64,000 nt of DNA, from assembly GCF_038025025.1 (NCBI RefSeq), contig NW_027117341.1, positions 1,984,001-2,048,000 on the forward strand, in the 5' to 3' direction. Under the pieces are notes generated by a model. That model made no database searches. It was not told the DNA's origin and worked only from the letters and a program-made list of their open reading frames with translations. Of the stretch, positions 51,654-60,844 are shown in pieces; within the stretch, counting starts at the first letter, position 1, and each line of letters opens with the position of its first letter. Both the position numbers and the translations under genes were made by a program. The DNA comes from Phyllosticta citribraziliensis (lineage: Eukaryota).

Positions 51654-53740
51654 GTAAATATCTCGCATGCCATCGGAACCCGCCATTTTCTTACTGGGAG
51701 CTGTAGGTCTGCTTCGCCGAAGCTGTAGAGCGTGCCGTTCGTTCTTTTCGTTCAAGACTAGGGCTTTTGTCAGTCTATTGAGCTTCTTCTGCAGGAATGG
51801 AAGCCCTGAAATTGTGCGCCTGGGAAGCACCGGGACCTTAGGCGTCGAAAATTGCGTCGGTCGCTGTTTGCGCTGATAGTTGCCTCGCGTTCTCGGGCTC
51901 GTCCTTGGTATGGACTGCGATGGAAATGGCTCCTTCATGATAGAAAAGACACGAAAATGAATTCTTTCCTTTCTGCAGCGCTTCCTGAATGCTCTTGGCC
52001 CACGGTTTGACAATGCCTTGCGCAGCCGCTTGTTTGCAATGGAGGTTCGATGAGAATCCATTTGCTTGTCCGGCCTGGAAAGATCCCGAGGACCCTTTTG
52101 TTCCTCCTTGATTTCCCAGCGCGTCATGCGCTATCTTTTCCCGTTCACTGAAAAATCCGTGTGCCCCTCCGCCTGTCTCCTTTTGCCAGTGTCCGAGAAG
52201 AAGTGCTTGTGTCCCACAACTTGGAAGGAAGGTTTCCGGGGCGCTTGGGAAATGCGGGGGCCGAGATGGACGGTTCCTGATTTACTTGATCAGCTCGGAA
52301 AGTAGCGGCGGGATGAAAGGGAATCACAGTCCAACAGGACCGCCAGACTGGTTGGAAACGTGGAGGGGCTATTCCGGATGCATAATTCAGGCGCCTGGGT
52401 CATCTCAATTGCGCCAGCGGGCGGCATCTCTGCGTCTGGACTAGTGCGAAGCCAGTTCGACTCTGGATATAAAAAGGGCCTTTGCTTCGCCGGTCTTCCA
52501 GCACCCACCTTATTTCTGCCCTACGGAAGAACAATAGTGGCTTTTACGATTTGCACATTGAAACCCCTCTTGAGAGTGGTCGCATGCAGCCTTGCCCATC
52601 ACCAAACCCTCCGAGTCTCTACGGCGTTTGGTGGTGATTCATGGGTACGAAGTTGGCAGCGCAAAGTGACGGAACCGTCTTGTGTACTTGCTACCTTTGC
52701 CCTCCAATGGCACTGGTGGCTTGCGAAAGTTCCTACATTCAAGTGACGTAAACTCCCAGGCGCAAGGAGGCCTTTCAAATGCGCCCACATGGCGGTTGTT
52801 TGCGCCCGTTGGGCCCCTCTATGCCGAAACCCACTAGTACAAATCGAGTCCTGCTACGGGTATAAATACCTCACCCGCTTCTCAACTACCGACGCCATCC
52901 CACTTCCACCTCGAAAAAGATAGAATACGCAGTTGAGCGACCCTTGTTACGGCTTATGTTTATGAAAGCCTTGGATCATCACCAAGTGCCTTGGTCTCTA
53001 CAGCCCTTGGTGGTGATCCAGCGGGCGGCACAAATCAACAGAAACTTGCCTTGTTTTCATTTTGGCCCTGTCCGTGGCCTTGGTGACTCGCGGCGATTCC
53101 CACACGTACCTAAGCGGATGAGATTTTTCCGCGTAGGCGCCTCCACGCAGGCGACCCTTCCAGATACTCCAAGCGCCTTTGCCTTCTCCGACTGCGCCCG
53201 CAATTCGGCTAAGCGAGTCCTGCTGCGGGTATAAATTCGGCCTTCGCCCTCCCAAAACCATCCCTTTGATCCTACAAGCCGGGCACAACGACATCCTGTC
53301 TTACGTGATTCAGCCTTGATACTTGGCGCCTCTCTCATCGCTGAGTGCTTCAACTCTCTACTGCACTTGGTGGTAGTCCGGCGAGCGTCGTAAAACAACG
53401 GACTCTAATAACCGCTACCTGAGCCTGCCCAATGGTCTGGTGGTAACAACAGTTCCGACATACGCACTTTTTCATTGAGTCATTGGCCTTGTGTTGGTGC
53501 TCGGGGAAAAAGCTACTGTGGTTTTGCAAAATGCTGTTCTATCCTCTATGCTACGAAAACGTGCCAAACCGCGGCGGACTTTTCATCACGTTGCGGAGGC
53601 TTCAAGATGAGGGAGTGTACTTTGGAGCTCCAGTCTATTTTGTGAACTTTCAATGAAGTTGCATTTTGGCTTGTGTACCCGGCCACACGAGAAACAGCCG
53701 GCCCTCCTTGTCGCCATCGTAGCCCTTGTCCTCATGCCGT

Positions 53741-54298
53741 TCAGACCTTGGGAGAAGTCTTGCCGGTCAGCCATCCGGCCGCCTTCTTGACCCAGGCCTT
53801 CAACCTGCTGCGCCTTTGGCCCTTGCCCTTGCCCTTGTTCTTGTCCTCCCTGGTTCCTCCAGCCATTCCGTTCTCTGCCGGCACGCGAGTGGCGGAGACC
53901 AAGCCTGTGCCATTGTGGGGAGCATCTTGAGGGGCCACGCCGGCAGTCGAGGTGGGAGAGTTGCGGGGAACCCTCATGACGTTGGAGTCCTCGCTGGCTC
54001 CGCGGAATCCTAGTTTCCGGTCAATTTCAGGACGACAATCGTGAGGAAGGTCTCGCTTACTTGGCTCGTAGCTGTCCAGAGAGTCAAGGACAGTGATGTG
54101 CCTGCCAGGAGTAGGCGTCGCATACCCGTCTGTCAAATCTGTTAGTGATAATGTGCGTAGAGGATATGAAACTGGACAGTAAGACTCCATACCAGGAAAC
54201 GAATCGAGTCGCAGGCAAATGCCGAAGGTTCCCTCGACTCCCGGAGGGATCTCGTTGAAAGGATGGGGGGCTCTTCTCTGGAGATGATAGGTCGGCAT
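53741..54298 (-). CDS. Hypothetical protein
   Basis: 185-aa ATG ORF with no recognised motif; divergent from the snoRNA host. Confidence 0.35.
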   Translation of the reverse strand: MPTYHLQRRAPHPFNEIPPGVEGTFGICLRLDSFPGMESYCPVSYPLRTLSLTDLTDGYATPTPGRHITVLDSLDSYEPSKRDLPHDCRPEIDRKLGFRGASEDSNVMRVPRNSPTSTAGVAPQDAPHNGTGLVSATRVPAENGMAGGTREDKNKGKGKGQRRSRLKAWVKKAAGWLTGKTSPKV

Positions 54299-54902
54299 GA
54301 TGGTAAAGTGGGATGCGGAACTTGCGTGCGTGTAGCTGAGAGAGAAGATCTTGCCTTTGGTGTTGCGGAACTTCTCTAAGGATTAGTCGTTTCTCGGCAC
54401 TGCTGGAGATTCTGGGTCGACAGGTCCAATCGAACCAAGTACATTCAGCTGGTGAGCGACAGAGAACCATTGTAAAAATTCAGGGCAAATTTCGACTGGA
54501 TTTCGAACGCATGATCGCAATATTCCATAGCTCTTGAATCATGAATGCAGCTTTGATTCAATCTTGGAATGCTTCTTGTGGGCTGGGTGTGCTTGTATCG
54601 GCGTTTGCTTACATCGTCGTGGAGATATCTAGAAGTAAGTCGGCCTGTCCTCCCACCTCCAACACGAAACACGCACCACAAACGCACCTCTCCCCTCCCA
54701 TCCCAATTCAAGCCCCATCAATCCATCTTGTCTCAGCTCGATCTACTTCAAGCTTCCTCTTCCTGTCATTCGAGTCGTGCCTTCGCGCTCTGTCGTTTCC
54801 GTCGCCGTTTCGGCGCACGGGATCTGGCGCTCGCAGACCAAACCGGTGAGTCAACTCCAAGTTTGCGACCAAGCCGCGTCGCACTCTCTCTTCCCTTTCC
54901 CC

Positions 54903-55055
54903 ATGACGAGACCTTGGCAGAACAGAATCGAGTCCTTCTCTCGGTCCTGCGATTGCGCATCGCTGAAGCCGCCTCGTGCTGGTTTCACGGTCGCGCAATC
55001 GCCAGTTCAACCAGAGATTGCGACGCTGCGAACAACCCAAGCTACAACCATCTGA
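54903..55055 (+). ncRNA. Box C/D RNA, intron 1 (long, internal hairpin)
   Basis: Intron 54846-55135; C ATGACGA 54903, D' CAGA 54923, D CTGA 55052, branch 55112. Confidence 0.65.
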
Positions 55056-55279
55056 GCCTTTCATCCTTACATGGCCGTCCAGTATGTCATTTTTCCTTCA
55101 AGTTCCCCTTTGCTGACTTGTTTCCTCCCGAGCAGACTTAGCGGCGCGCGTTTCTTCCGTGTGCGGCGGCTTTTGGCTTGGTGACTCTCACCTCCCAGCC
55201 AGACTTTTGGCACGCCCTGCATCTTACAATCCCATCTCAGTAAGTTTGTCCCCATCTCAACACTCTTCCCTTTACGGGC

Positions 55280-55343
55280 GTGATGACCACATTTAAATTT
55301 GCACGACCGTGAGGGTGCACCCAATGATCGTCGATCCTCCTGA
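55280..55343 (+). ncRNA. Box C/D RNA, intron 2
   Basis: Intron 55240-55415; C GTGATGA 55280, D 55340, branch 55391. Confidence 0.75.
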
Positions 55344-55589
55344 TCCCCTTGCCTTTCCTCGCCGAACTCTCCCACCTTCACCGTACCAACGCTAACCTTT
55401 TCAATATCCCAAAAGGTTCATGTGCCGAAGCCTTTGTATTTCGCGTCGCATCGCCTGTTGGCAGAGATCCTCTGGGCCCTTTCGAGGCCGCACACAATAT
55501 GGACAAGACATTCCCTGGAGCAACATCGAGCAATTTCCGGTCTCCCTTTGAAAGGCTTTGTAAGTCCTTGTCGCTTTGCCGACCTCCAC

Positions 55590-55647
55590 ATGATGACCGT
55601 ACTATTTTCAAGAGCGGCGTTGCCGCGTGGCTACACACAATCTCTGA
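55590..55647 (+). ncRNA. Box C/D RNA, intron 3
   Basis: Intron 55560-55706; C ATGATGA 55590, D 55644, branch 55695. Confidence 0.75.
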
Positions 55648-55793
55648 GCCATCACATCTCGTCTTCCGCACTCGTCCCACATCTTAAACACCGCGCTGAT
55701 TCTCAGACAGATTTCGATACTCGAGCAACGCCCACGCAGGCAGCACCAGTAAGTCCGCACTGTCGCTCCGCGATCAACCGCAACGACCTTTGC

Positions 55794-55858
55794 ATGATGA
55801 AGCCACAGAAGTTCATGGACATGAGCAGTTTTGCCACTGATTCAACCAACCTTACTGA
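55794..55858 (+). ncRNA. Box C/D RNA, intron 4
   Basis: Intron 55749-55924; C 55794, D 55855 (alternative CTGA at 55837). Confidence 0.7.
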
Positions 55859-56046
55859 TTTCCGCCCTCTCGTTTGTTTTTCCTCGAGCTTTAGCGCACA
55901 TGCTTAACTTTTGTGATTTGGTAGACACCGTATCTCGAAGCAGGCATCAGAGCGCAATGCATCTTGGCCTCCACCTCTACCTGCTTTCATTCAATGCAGC
56001 AAAGATAACCCAAATAAGTTTTGTTCCCTTTTTCCATTTCAGATAC

Positions 56047-56112
56047 CTGATGACGCAGAAAGCAAGAATTTGAGAGGTCCCGCCGGCCGAATGTAAAAAG
56101 CACCACGTCTGA
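56047..56112 (+). ncRNA. Box C/D RNA, intron 5 (donor reads ATAAGT)
   Basis: C TGATGA 56048, D 56109, branch GCTAAC 56159, CAG 56183. Confidence 0.6.
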
Positions 56113-56267
56113 TCCACCTCCCCTATTCCACTGTCTTGTTATGAATACAAGAAAAATGGCTAACACAAACCGTACGTCGACAGGGCTGCCTTCAACGGAA
56201 GGCTTCTGACAAGTCACCAGACAATCAGTGAGTGCACTGATTCCCCGCTTTCCCCTTTCCATCGATC

Positions 56268-56318
56268 GTGACGACAGCTTTGGGTTGATACACGTGATTC
56301 TCCTCTTCCTTCTTCTGA
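56268..56318 (+). ncRNA. Box C/D RNA, intron 6 (short)
   Basis: Intron 56228-56386; C GTGACGA 56268, D 56315, branch 56365. Confidence 0.65.
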
Positions 56319-56563
56319 CATCTACACTTCGCTTTTCATTTCGAAGCCCATGGTACAAACTTCCGCTGATTCATTGTGCCCTGCAGAACTGCACCGCCGG
56401 TCAGTCACTCCCCTCCTATCTCAGCCCCGACTAGCCGACCATGGCGCATGATTTCGTCTTGGATATCTCGGCCATCCTGAACGGACACAATTTCCTCTAA
56501 GGCGCGCCTGGTAAATCCATGCGACAGGTAAGTCCATACACATACCACATCCACCAGTATCCT

Positions 56564-56629
56564 GTGATGAACCAATCAAGCATGCAAATGAGTGGCTTGA
56601 ACGAGCACATGACTTTACAAAACATCTGA
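56564..56629 (+). ncRNA. Box C/D RNA, intron 8
   Basis: Donor 56528; C GTGATGA 56564, D 56626, branch 56676. Confidence 0.78.
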
Positions 56630-56773
56630 CATACTCCTCCTCCCGTCTTGGTCCTCTTGCACCTTGAAAGCAATGGCTGACATTCCTCGTGTAAGGACAG
56701 CACACTTTTCAGGCTCTCATTCGGACGAATTCGGTACGTCATCCCAGCGTTTTACTTTTTTTTTCCCTTGCAA

Positions 56774-56843
56774 ATGATGAACGACTTTTCGGTGTGGAGC
56801 GCAAGTTATTTGCTGCGTGAACACACACAGTTTCCTTTTCTGA
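56774..56843 (+). ncRNA. Box C/D RNA, intron 9
   Basis: Intron 56734-56921; C 56774, D 56840, branch 56900. Confidence 0.75.
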
Positions 56844-56981
56844 TTCGCAGGATCGATTGCTGTCTATCTACATGGTTGCTTTTTGAGCACATTCCGGTCG
56901 CTGACTTCTCCCATTGAACAGGAAGATCATGCTCCTCCGTGTCCGTAAGTTCCTGCACCCTTCTCTTCCCTGCCGTACACC

Positions 56982-57065
56982 ATGATGATCAAATCTCTAA
57001 CGAGAAGTGGGCACTGTCCGCTCCAAGACTGATTACACATGTTTTTATCTATTTTGCCGAACTGA
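56982..57065 (+). ncRNA. Box C/D snoRNA, intron 10; candidate 25S rRNA guide
   Basis: Intron 56945-57127; ATCTATTTTGCCGA before box D is antisense to 25S UCGGCAAAAUAGAU. Confidence 0.88.
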
Positions 57066-57194
57066 TTGATCCAACCCAATTCACCTTGTTTGATTTTCAG
57101 AAATTTGCGGACGCTGACTTCTCACAGTTGATACTGCGAACTCCCTTTCGTGCAACAGTAAGTTTCCTACCCTTCCTACTCCCTGCCCTACTCC

Positions 57195-57280
57195 ATGATG
57201 ATCCAAATCTATCTTACATGAAGTGGACGCTGTCCGCTACAAGATCGATTAGATGCGTTTTATCTATTTTGCCGAACTGA
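57195..57280 (+). ncRNA. Box C/D snoRNA, intron 11; paralog of intron 10 RNA
   Basis: Intron 57158-57340; same 14-nt antisense element at 57262-57275. Confidence 0.88.
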
Positions 57281-57593
57281 TTCATTCTACCCTCTGTCTA
57301 TTCTGGCTCGCTGTTGCGCATTGCCGACGCTAACTCCCAGTCGACAGGATTACTCTTTCATATTCGCATACTTAACACGCAGGGATGGTGCTTCCCTCAA
57401 AACTCCAACGCGCCGGTAAGCTCTCTTCCCCGTATACTCGCGAGTATCCTCGCTAGTCCTTACATTTTAAAGCACCCGACGCTTCACAGGCTTCCGCAGC
57501 GCTTCTTTTGCACCACCGCCACGAAAGTGCCTCCAAATATGGCTGATATCAACGCAAGTAAGTGGCAACTCCCCCCACACACTTCCCCTTTGA

Positions 57594-57667
57594 ATGATGA
57601 GCCGTGTCGTCATGCTTTTGAGGTCGGGCTTTTCTACTCGATCGACGAGATTCCCACACACTTCTGA
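57594..57667 (+). ncRNA. Box C/D RNA, intron 13
   Basis: Intron 57558-57729; C 57594, D 57664, branch 57717. Confidence 0.78.
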
Positions 57668-57810
57668 TTTCATCAATTGCTTTCTTTACCTTTCTACACA
57701 CATGTTTTTTGCAGGAGCTGACATTCCAGACTGAGGCAGTGCTTGCTTGGCCCACACAATACGATTCCCGCATGTGAGTGACCAATCCCCTCCTCGCGCC
57801 ATTATTGCAA

Positions 57811-57882
57811 GTGATGAGTCCCTGATGTTGTTCTGAGGTCGAGGTTTGCTTCCTGATCGAAGATGTCATCTAACCGTTCTGA
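57811..57882 (+). ncRNA. Box C/D RNA, intron 14
   Basis: Intron 57774-57951; C 57811, D' 57833, D 57879, branch 57931. Confidence 0.8.
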
Positions 57883-58024
57883 CTGTTTTTGCAACCCTCC
57901 CGTTTCTTTGCATTTAGGTTCCTGGCGATAGCTAACATTCTGTTGAACTAGAGAGCCCCTCGTACAATCCTGAGAATCAACGCAGGTAAGCTGTGCTCCT
58001 CACCTGCTTCCCTTTGCCCGGTAC

Positions 58025-58073
58025 ATGATGATTGAAACTCGCGGAGAGAATGACGACATTTTCGGCCTTCTGA
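58025..58073 (+). ncRNA. Box C/D RNA, intron 15 (49 nt)
   Basis: Intron 57986-58141; C 58025, C' ATGACGA, D 58070, branch 58121. Confidence 0.72.
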
Positions 58074-58201
58074 TTGCCTTTCCTCCTGCTCTATTTGTTT
58101 CAGCTACTTCATTCTGACCCGCTGACGCTGTTTTGTTCTAGGAATCGTTTGTAGCGAAGCGCGTAAGTATTTCCCTCCCCAGTTCCCTATCTACCCTTCC
58201 T

Positions 58202-58290
58202 GTGATGTCAAATTCTTGCAGAAGTCGACGTTGTGGGCTTAACGGCCTGCCCTGTCGACGCATGATCTGGACTACACTCATTCCATCTGA
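58202..58290 (+). ncRNA. Box C/D RNA, intron 16
   Basis: Intron 58163-58355; C GTGATGT, D' CAGA, GTCGAC stem, C' ATGATCT, D 58287; 10 nt (ACTCATTCCA) antisense to 18S UGGAAUGAGU. Confidence 0.72.
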
Positions 58291-58432
58291 TGCTCTTTGC
58301 CACTACTCGATTCATCTCGAACGTTGCTTCCATCCCGAGGTAACGGAAAATTCAGATCACGTTACGATTGACGCGAATTCGAGTTCCCACCGGTAAGTCT
58401 CCCCTGTCTTCATCTCTGTTTCCCACCCTCGT

Positions 58433-58498
58433 ATGATGATCCAATCTCTTTGACTGCCGATTTTGTCGGCTGTATGACTACTTAGAATGATTTTCTGA
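58433..58498 (+). ncRNA. Box C/D RNA, intron 17
   Basis: Intron 58393-58574; C 58433, GCCGA/TCGGC hairpin, D 58495. Confidence 0.8.
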
Positions 58499-58644
58499 TT
58501 CCTTTCCGTCTTTTTCGAATCTTGCTGTTCTCCGGCTTTCGCGAAGAATCCAAGCTGATGTTGCGCCACCGCAGATACTGTCATCGATCGGTACTCGCGA
58601 AACACAACAAAGGTCAGTCTTGCCACTCTTTTGTTCGCCCTGAC

Positions 58645-58709
58645 ATGACGAGAAAATATATATGGAGGCCGACACGCGCGGCCACGTGACGCTTTAGTAG
58701 TTTTTCTGA
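58645..58709 (+). ncRNA. Box C/D RNA, intron 18
   Basis: Intron 58613-58783; C ATGACGA 58645, C' GTGACG, D 58706. Confidence 0.72.
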
Positions 58710-58851
58710 CACGCCTTCTGTTTCCTCTGGATTGAGTGCATGTCCAGACCTTCCTTTGACTGACTTCGATCTCTGGTGGACAGCACCGTCTTCAACTCAA
58801 TGCATTCCATGCTGGTGAGTCTTCCGCTACTCCTTCTCCATTCTCCCTGAC

Positions 58852-58925
58852 ATGATGAACAAACTTTTCCGACTGTTGACACCGTCGGCTGTGTGGACAC
58901 ACAACTATTGCATATGACTATCTGA
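58852..58925 (+). ncRNA. Box C/D snoRNA, intron 19; candidate 18S 5'-end guide
   Basis: Intron 58815-58995; GCATATGACTA before box D is antisense to 18S UAGUCAUAUGC. Confidence 0.85.
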
Positions 58926-59063
58926 GTTCTCTTTCCTTCGCTTGCAATCCGCTCTGAACATCTAGAAAATTCTTACTAAGCCCGTGCATATCCAGGAAGC
59001 AACTTTCATGGTCGTTCGTCCAAGTAAGTCCTCCATTCTCCCCCTTCTTGCCTTTTTCCTCAG

Positions 59064-59129
59064 ATGATGACCATGACCAAGTCGAGGCCGACTTCGTCGG
59101 TCCATGGAGCACTTGGATGCGGCATCTGA
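59064..59129 (+). ncRNA. Box C/D RNA, intron 20
   Basis: Intron 59024-59196; C 59064, GGCCGAC/GTCGGTC hairpin, D 59126. Confidence 0.8.
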
Positions 59130-59263
59130 TCCGTCTAAATTCTTCTCCACTCCTCCGAAGACCGCATGGGCACCGGCTGACGACCGGCATACTTAGTTCA
59201 AGTCACCCTCACTGTGATCACATTCAAGTAAGATTAGCGCCCAAATCTTCCTGTCGCTCCTTA

Positions 59264-59354
59264 ATGATTACAACCTACCACTTCTGAGTTCGACGATGTC
59301 TATCCATGAAAAACACTTTGTTACCTAACATTGTGTTCCCTTGCACGTCACTGA
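59264..59354 (+). ncRNA. Box C/D RNA, intron 21; candidate 25S guide
   Basis: Intron 59228-59424; C ATGATTA, D' 59284, D 59351; TTGCACGTCA antisense to 25S UGACGUGCAA. Confidence 0.72.
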
Positions 59355-59533
59355 TTCAAGCAACACCGAGATATTCAGTCAGCCCCGCGGGAGTAGGACT
59401 ACTGCTAACATTTGGTGCTACCAGGCAGGTCTGCTCCATTCCTTTGCTCAGCCAAGAAACTTGATGAAGCCGTTGCCGAAATGAGTAAGTTACTTCGTCC
59501 CCTCATCCTTCCAATGCCTTCCACAACATATTC

Positions 59534-59604
59534 CTGATGATGTCAGATTGGAAGAGAACTGAACGACTGGCTCGACCAGCTGTTGATGCACACACTTTTT
59601 CTGA
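59534..59604 (+). ncRNA. Box C/D RNA, intron 22 (shared-scaffold subfamily)
   Basis: Intron 59485-59674; C 59535, D' 59559, D 59601. Confidence 0.82.
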
Positions 59605-59732
59605 TCCCGTTTTATCCTTACACTACCACCAATGAATCTTCCACCTTGACAACTGCTAACAATTTGATGAATAGATGCGGCAAGCAGCTTTTTACGTACG
59701 TTGTTCGGCCCGTCCATTCCTTTCCCCTCCGC

Positions 59733-59807
59733 ATGATGGATACATACATTGGGAAAAAGTTCTGAACGACTGGACTGCAGCCGTTGACGTATACCTTTCA
59801 TTTCTGA
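59733..59807 (+). ncRNA. Box C/D RNA, intron 23 (shared-scaffold subfamily)
   Basis: Intron 59696-59867; C ATGATGG, D' 59762, D 59804. Confidence 0.8.
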
Positions 59808-59986
59808 CACTAGCCACATTTTCCCACCTCCAAATCCGTGAAATTCATTGCCGCTGACGCATGACAGGACCAGAATAGCTTCAGTTGCCCTCAAATCGCA
59901 TTTTCGGCGAACAAACAGCCTTTCAAGTAAGTTGTTATGGCCTTCCGCCAACAAAGCTCTCAACCATTAATTACCACAACCCTCGA

Positions 59987-60063
59987 ATGATGATGATATA
60001 TTAAGCTCAGGAAACTGAACGACTGGCTTGACCAGCCGTTGACGTACATACGCACACTTCTGA
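59987..60063 (+). ncRNA. Box C/D RNA, intron 24 (shared-scaffold subfamily)
   Basis: Intron 59927-60128; C 59987, D' 60015, D 60060. Confidence 0.83.
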
Positions 60064-60260
60064 GCCCCATTGCTTCTGCCCCTACCTCACTCCCGAGTCT
60101 TCTGTATTGCACTGGCTGACGCAAATAGCCAACCATGTACAGATGCTCCGCAAAAACTGTCCTCTTGTCCATTCGGACGCTTCCATGCCAGGAGTTGTGC
60201 GGAAGACAGCCTTGCAACCGTAGTAAGTCGCCCTGCCCCCTTGTTCTCTTTCACCCCTTC

Positions 60261-60335
60261 ATGACGATACTCCCAAACAGTTCAGTGATCTGAACGACTG
60301 GCCTGACCAGCCGTTGACGCCAAACCCATATCTGA
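60261..60335 (+). ncRNA. Box C/D RNA, intron 25 (shared-scaffold subfamily)
   Basis: Intron 60223-60404; C ATGACGA, D' 60290, D 60332. Confidence 0.8.
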
Positions 60336-60765
60336 CCCCGCGCACCGCTCTTCTATCCATCGCAAGGTGCCGAGTTGAAGACGGCTGACGCGCAATACAT
60401 CTAGACGTGCCCTCTCAACCCCTGAGCAAGCCGGCCCAACCCCATTTTCTGCAACTACTTGTCCAGCAGGGGAAAGAGTAGCCGCTCCCATCTGCAGGTC
60501 AGTCTGCACGAAGCCGTCATCGCCAGAGCAGCCGACTGAGCCCTGATTGTCGAGACGCGCGAAGCCGACCGGCGCGGCCTGCTGCTTGGTGTTGTTACAC
60601 AGAAAAGCCGATATCTCTCCAGCCCGTCGAGCTGCGAAGCAGATACGCGCTCTGTTAACAACAACCACGCAGTAAAGAAAAGGGTTGGGCATTCCGTCTG
60701 TTTGCACATTTCGTTTTGACAGGTACGCCGCCTCTCCTCCGTCTCCTCTGCTCCAGAGCGCGCAC

Positions 60766-60844
60766 ATGATGGAAAACTCGAACCCATGGCTTGCATGAGT
60801 ACCGAATCTGACTGTCCGGTCATGACTACACAACTCGCGTCTGA
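60766..60844 (+). ncRNA. Box C/D RNA, intron 27
   Basis: Intron 60723-60924; C ATGATGG, D' ATGA 60795, C' ATGACTA, D 60841. Confidence 0.77.

Noticed and set aside
56521..56533. CAG|GTAAGT here (and CAG|GTACGC at 60720) as recursive splice sites
   Set aside because: CAG is the normal exon end before a donor and upstream acceptors exist; cannot be supported without reads
57645..57657. ACGAGATTCCCAC identical to the 25S rRNA sense strand
   Set aside because: Sense orientation cannot guide rRNA, and one such match is plausible by chance over 6 kb
59534..60335. CRISPR-like repeat-spacer array
   Set aside because: Eukaryotic locus with no cas genes; the repeat is a D'-hairpin-C' snoRNA module inside spliceosomal introns
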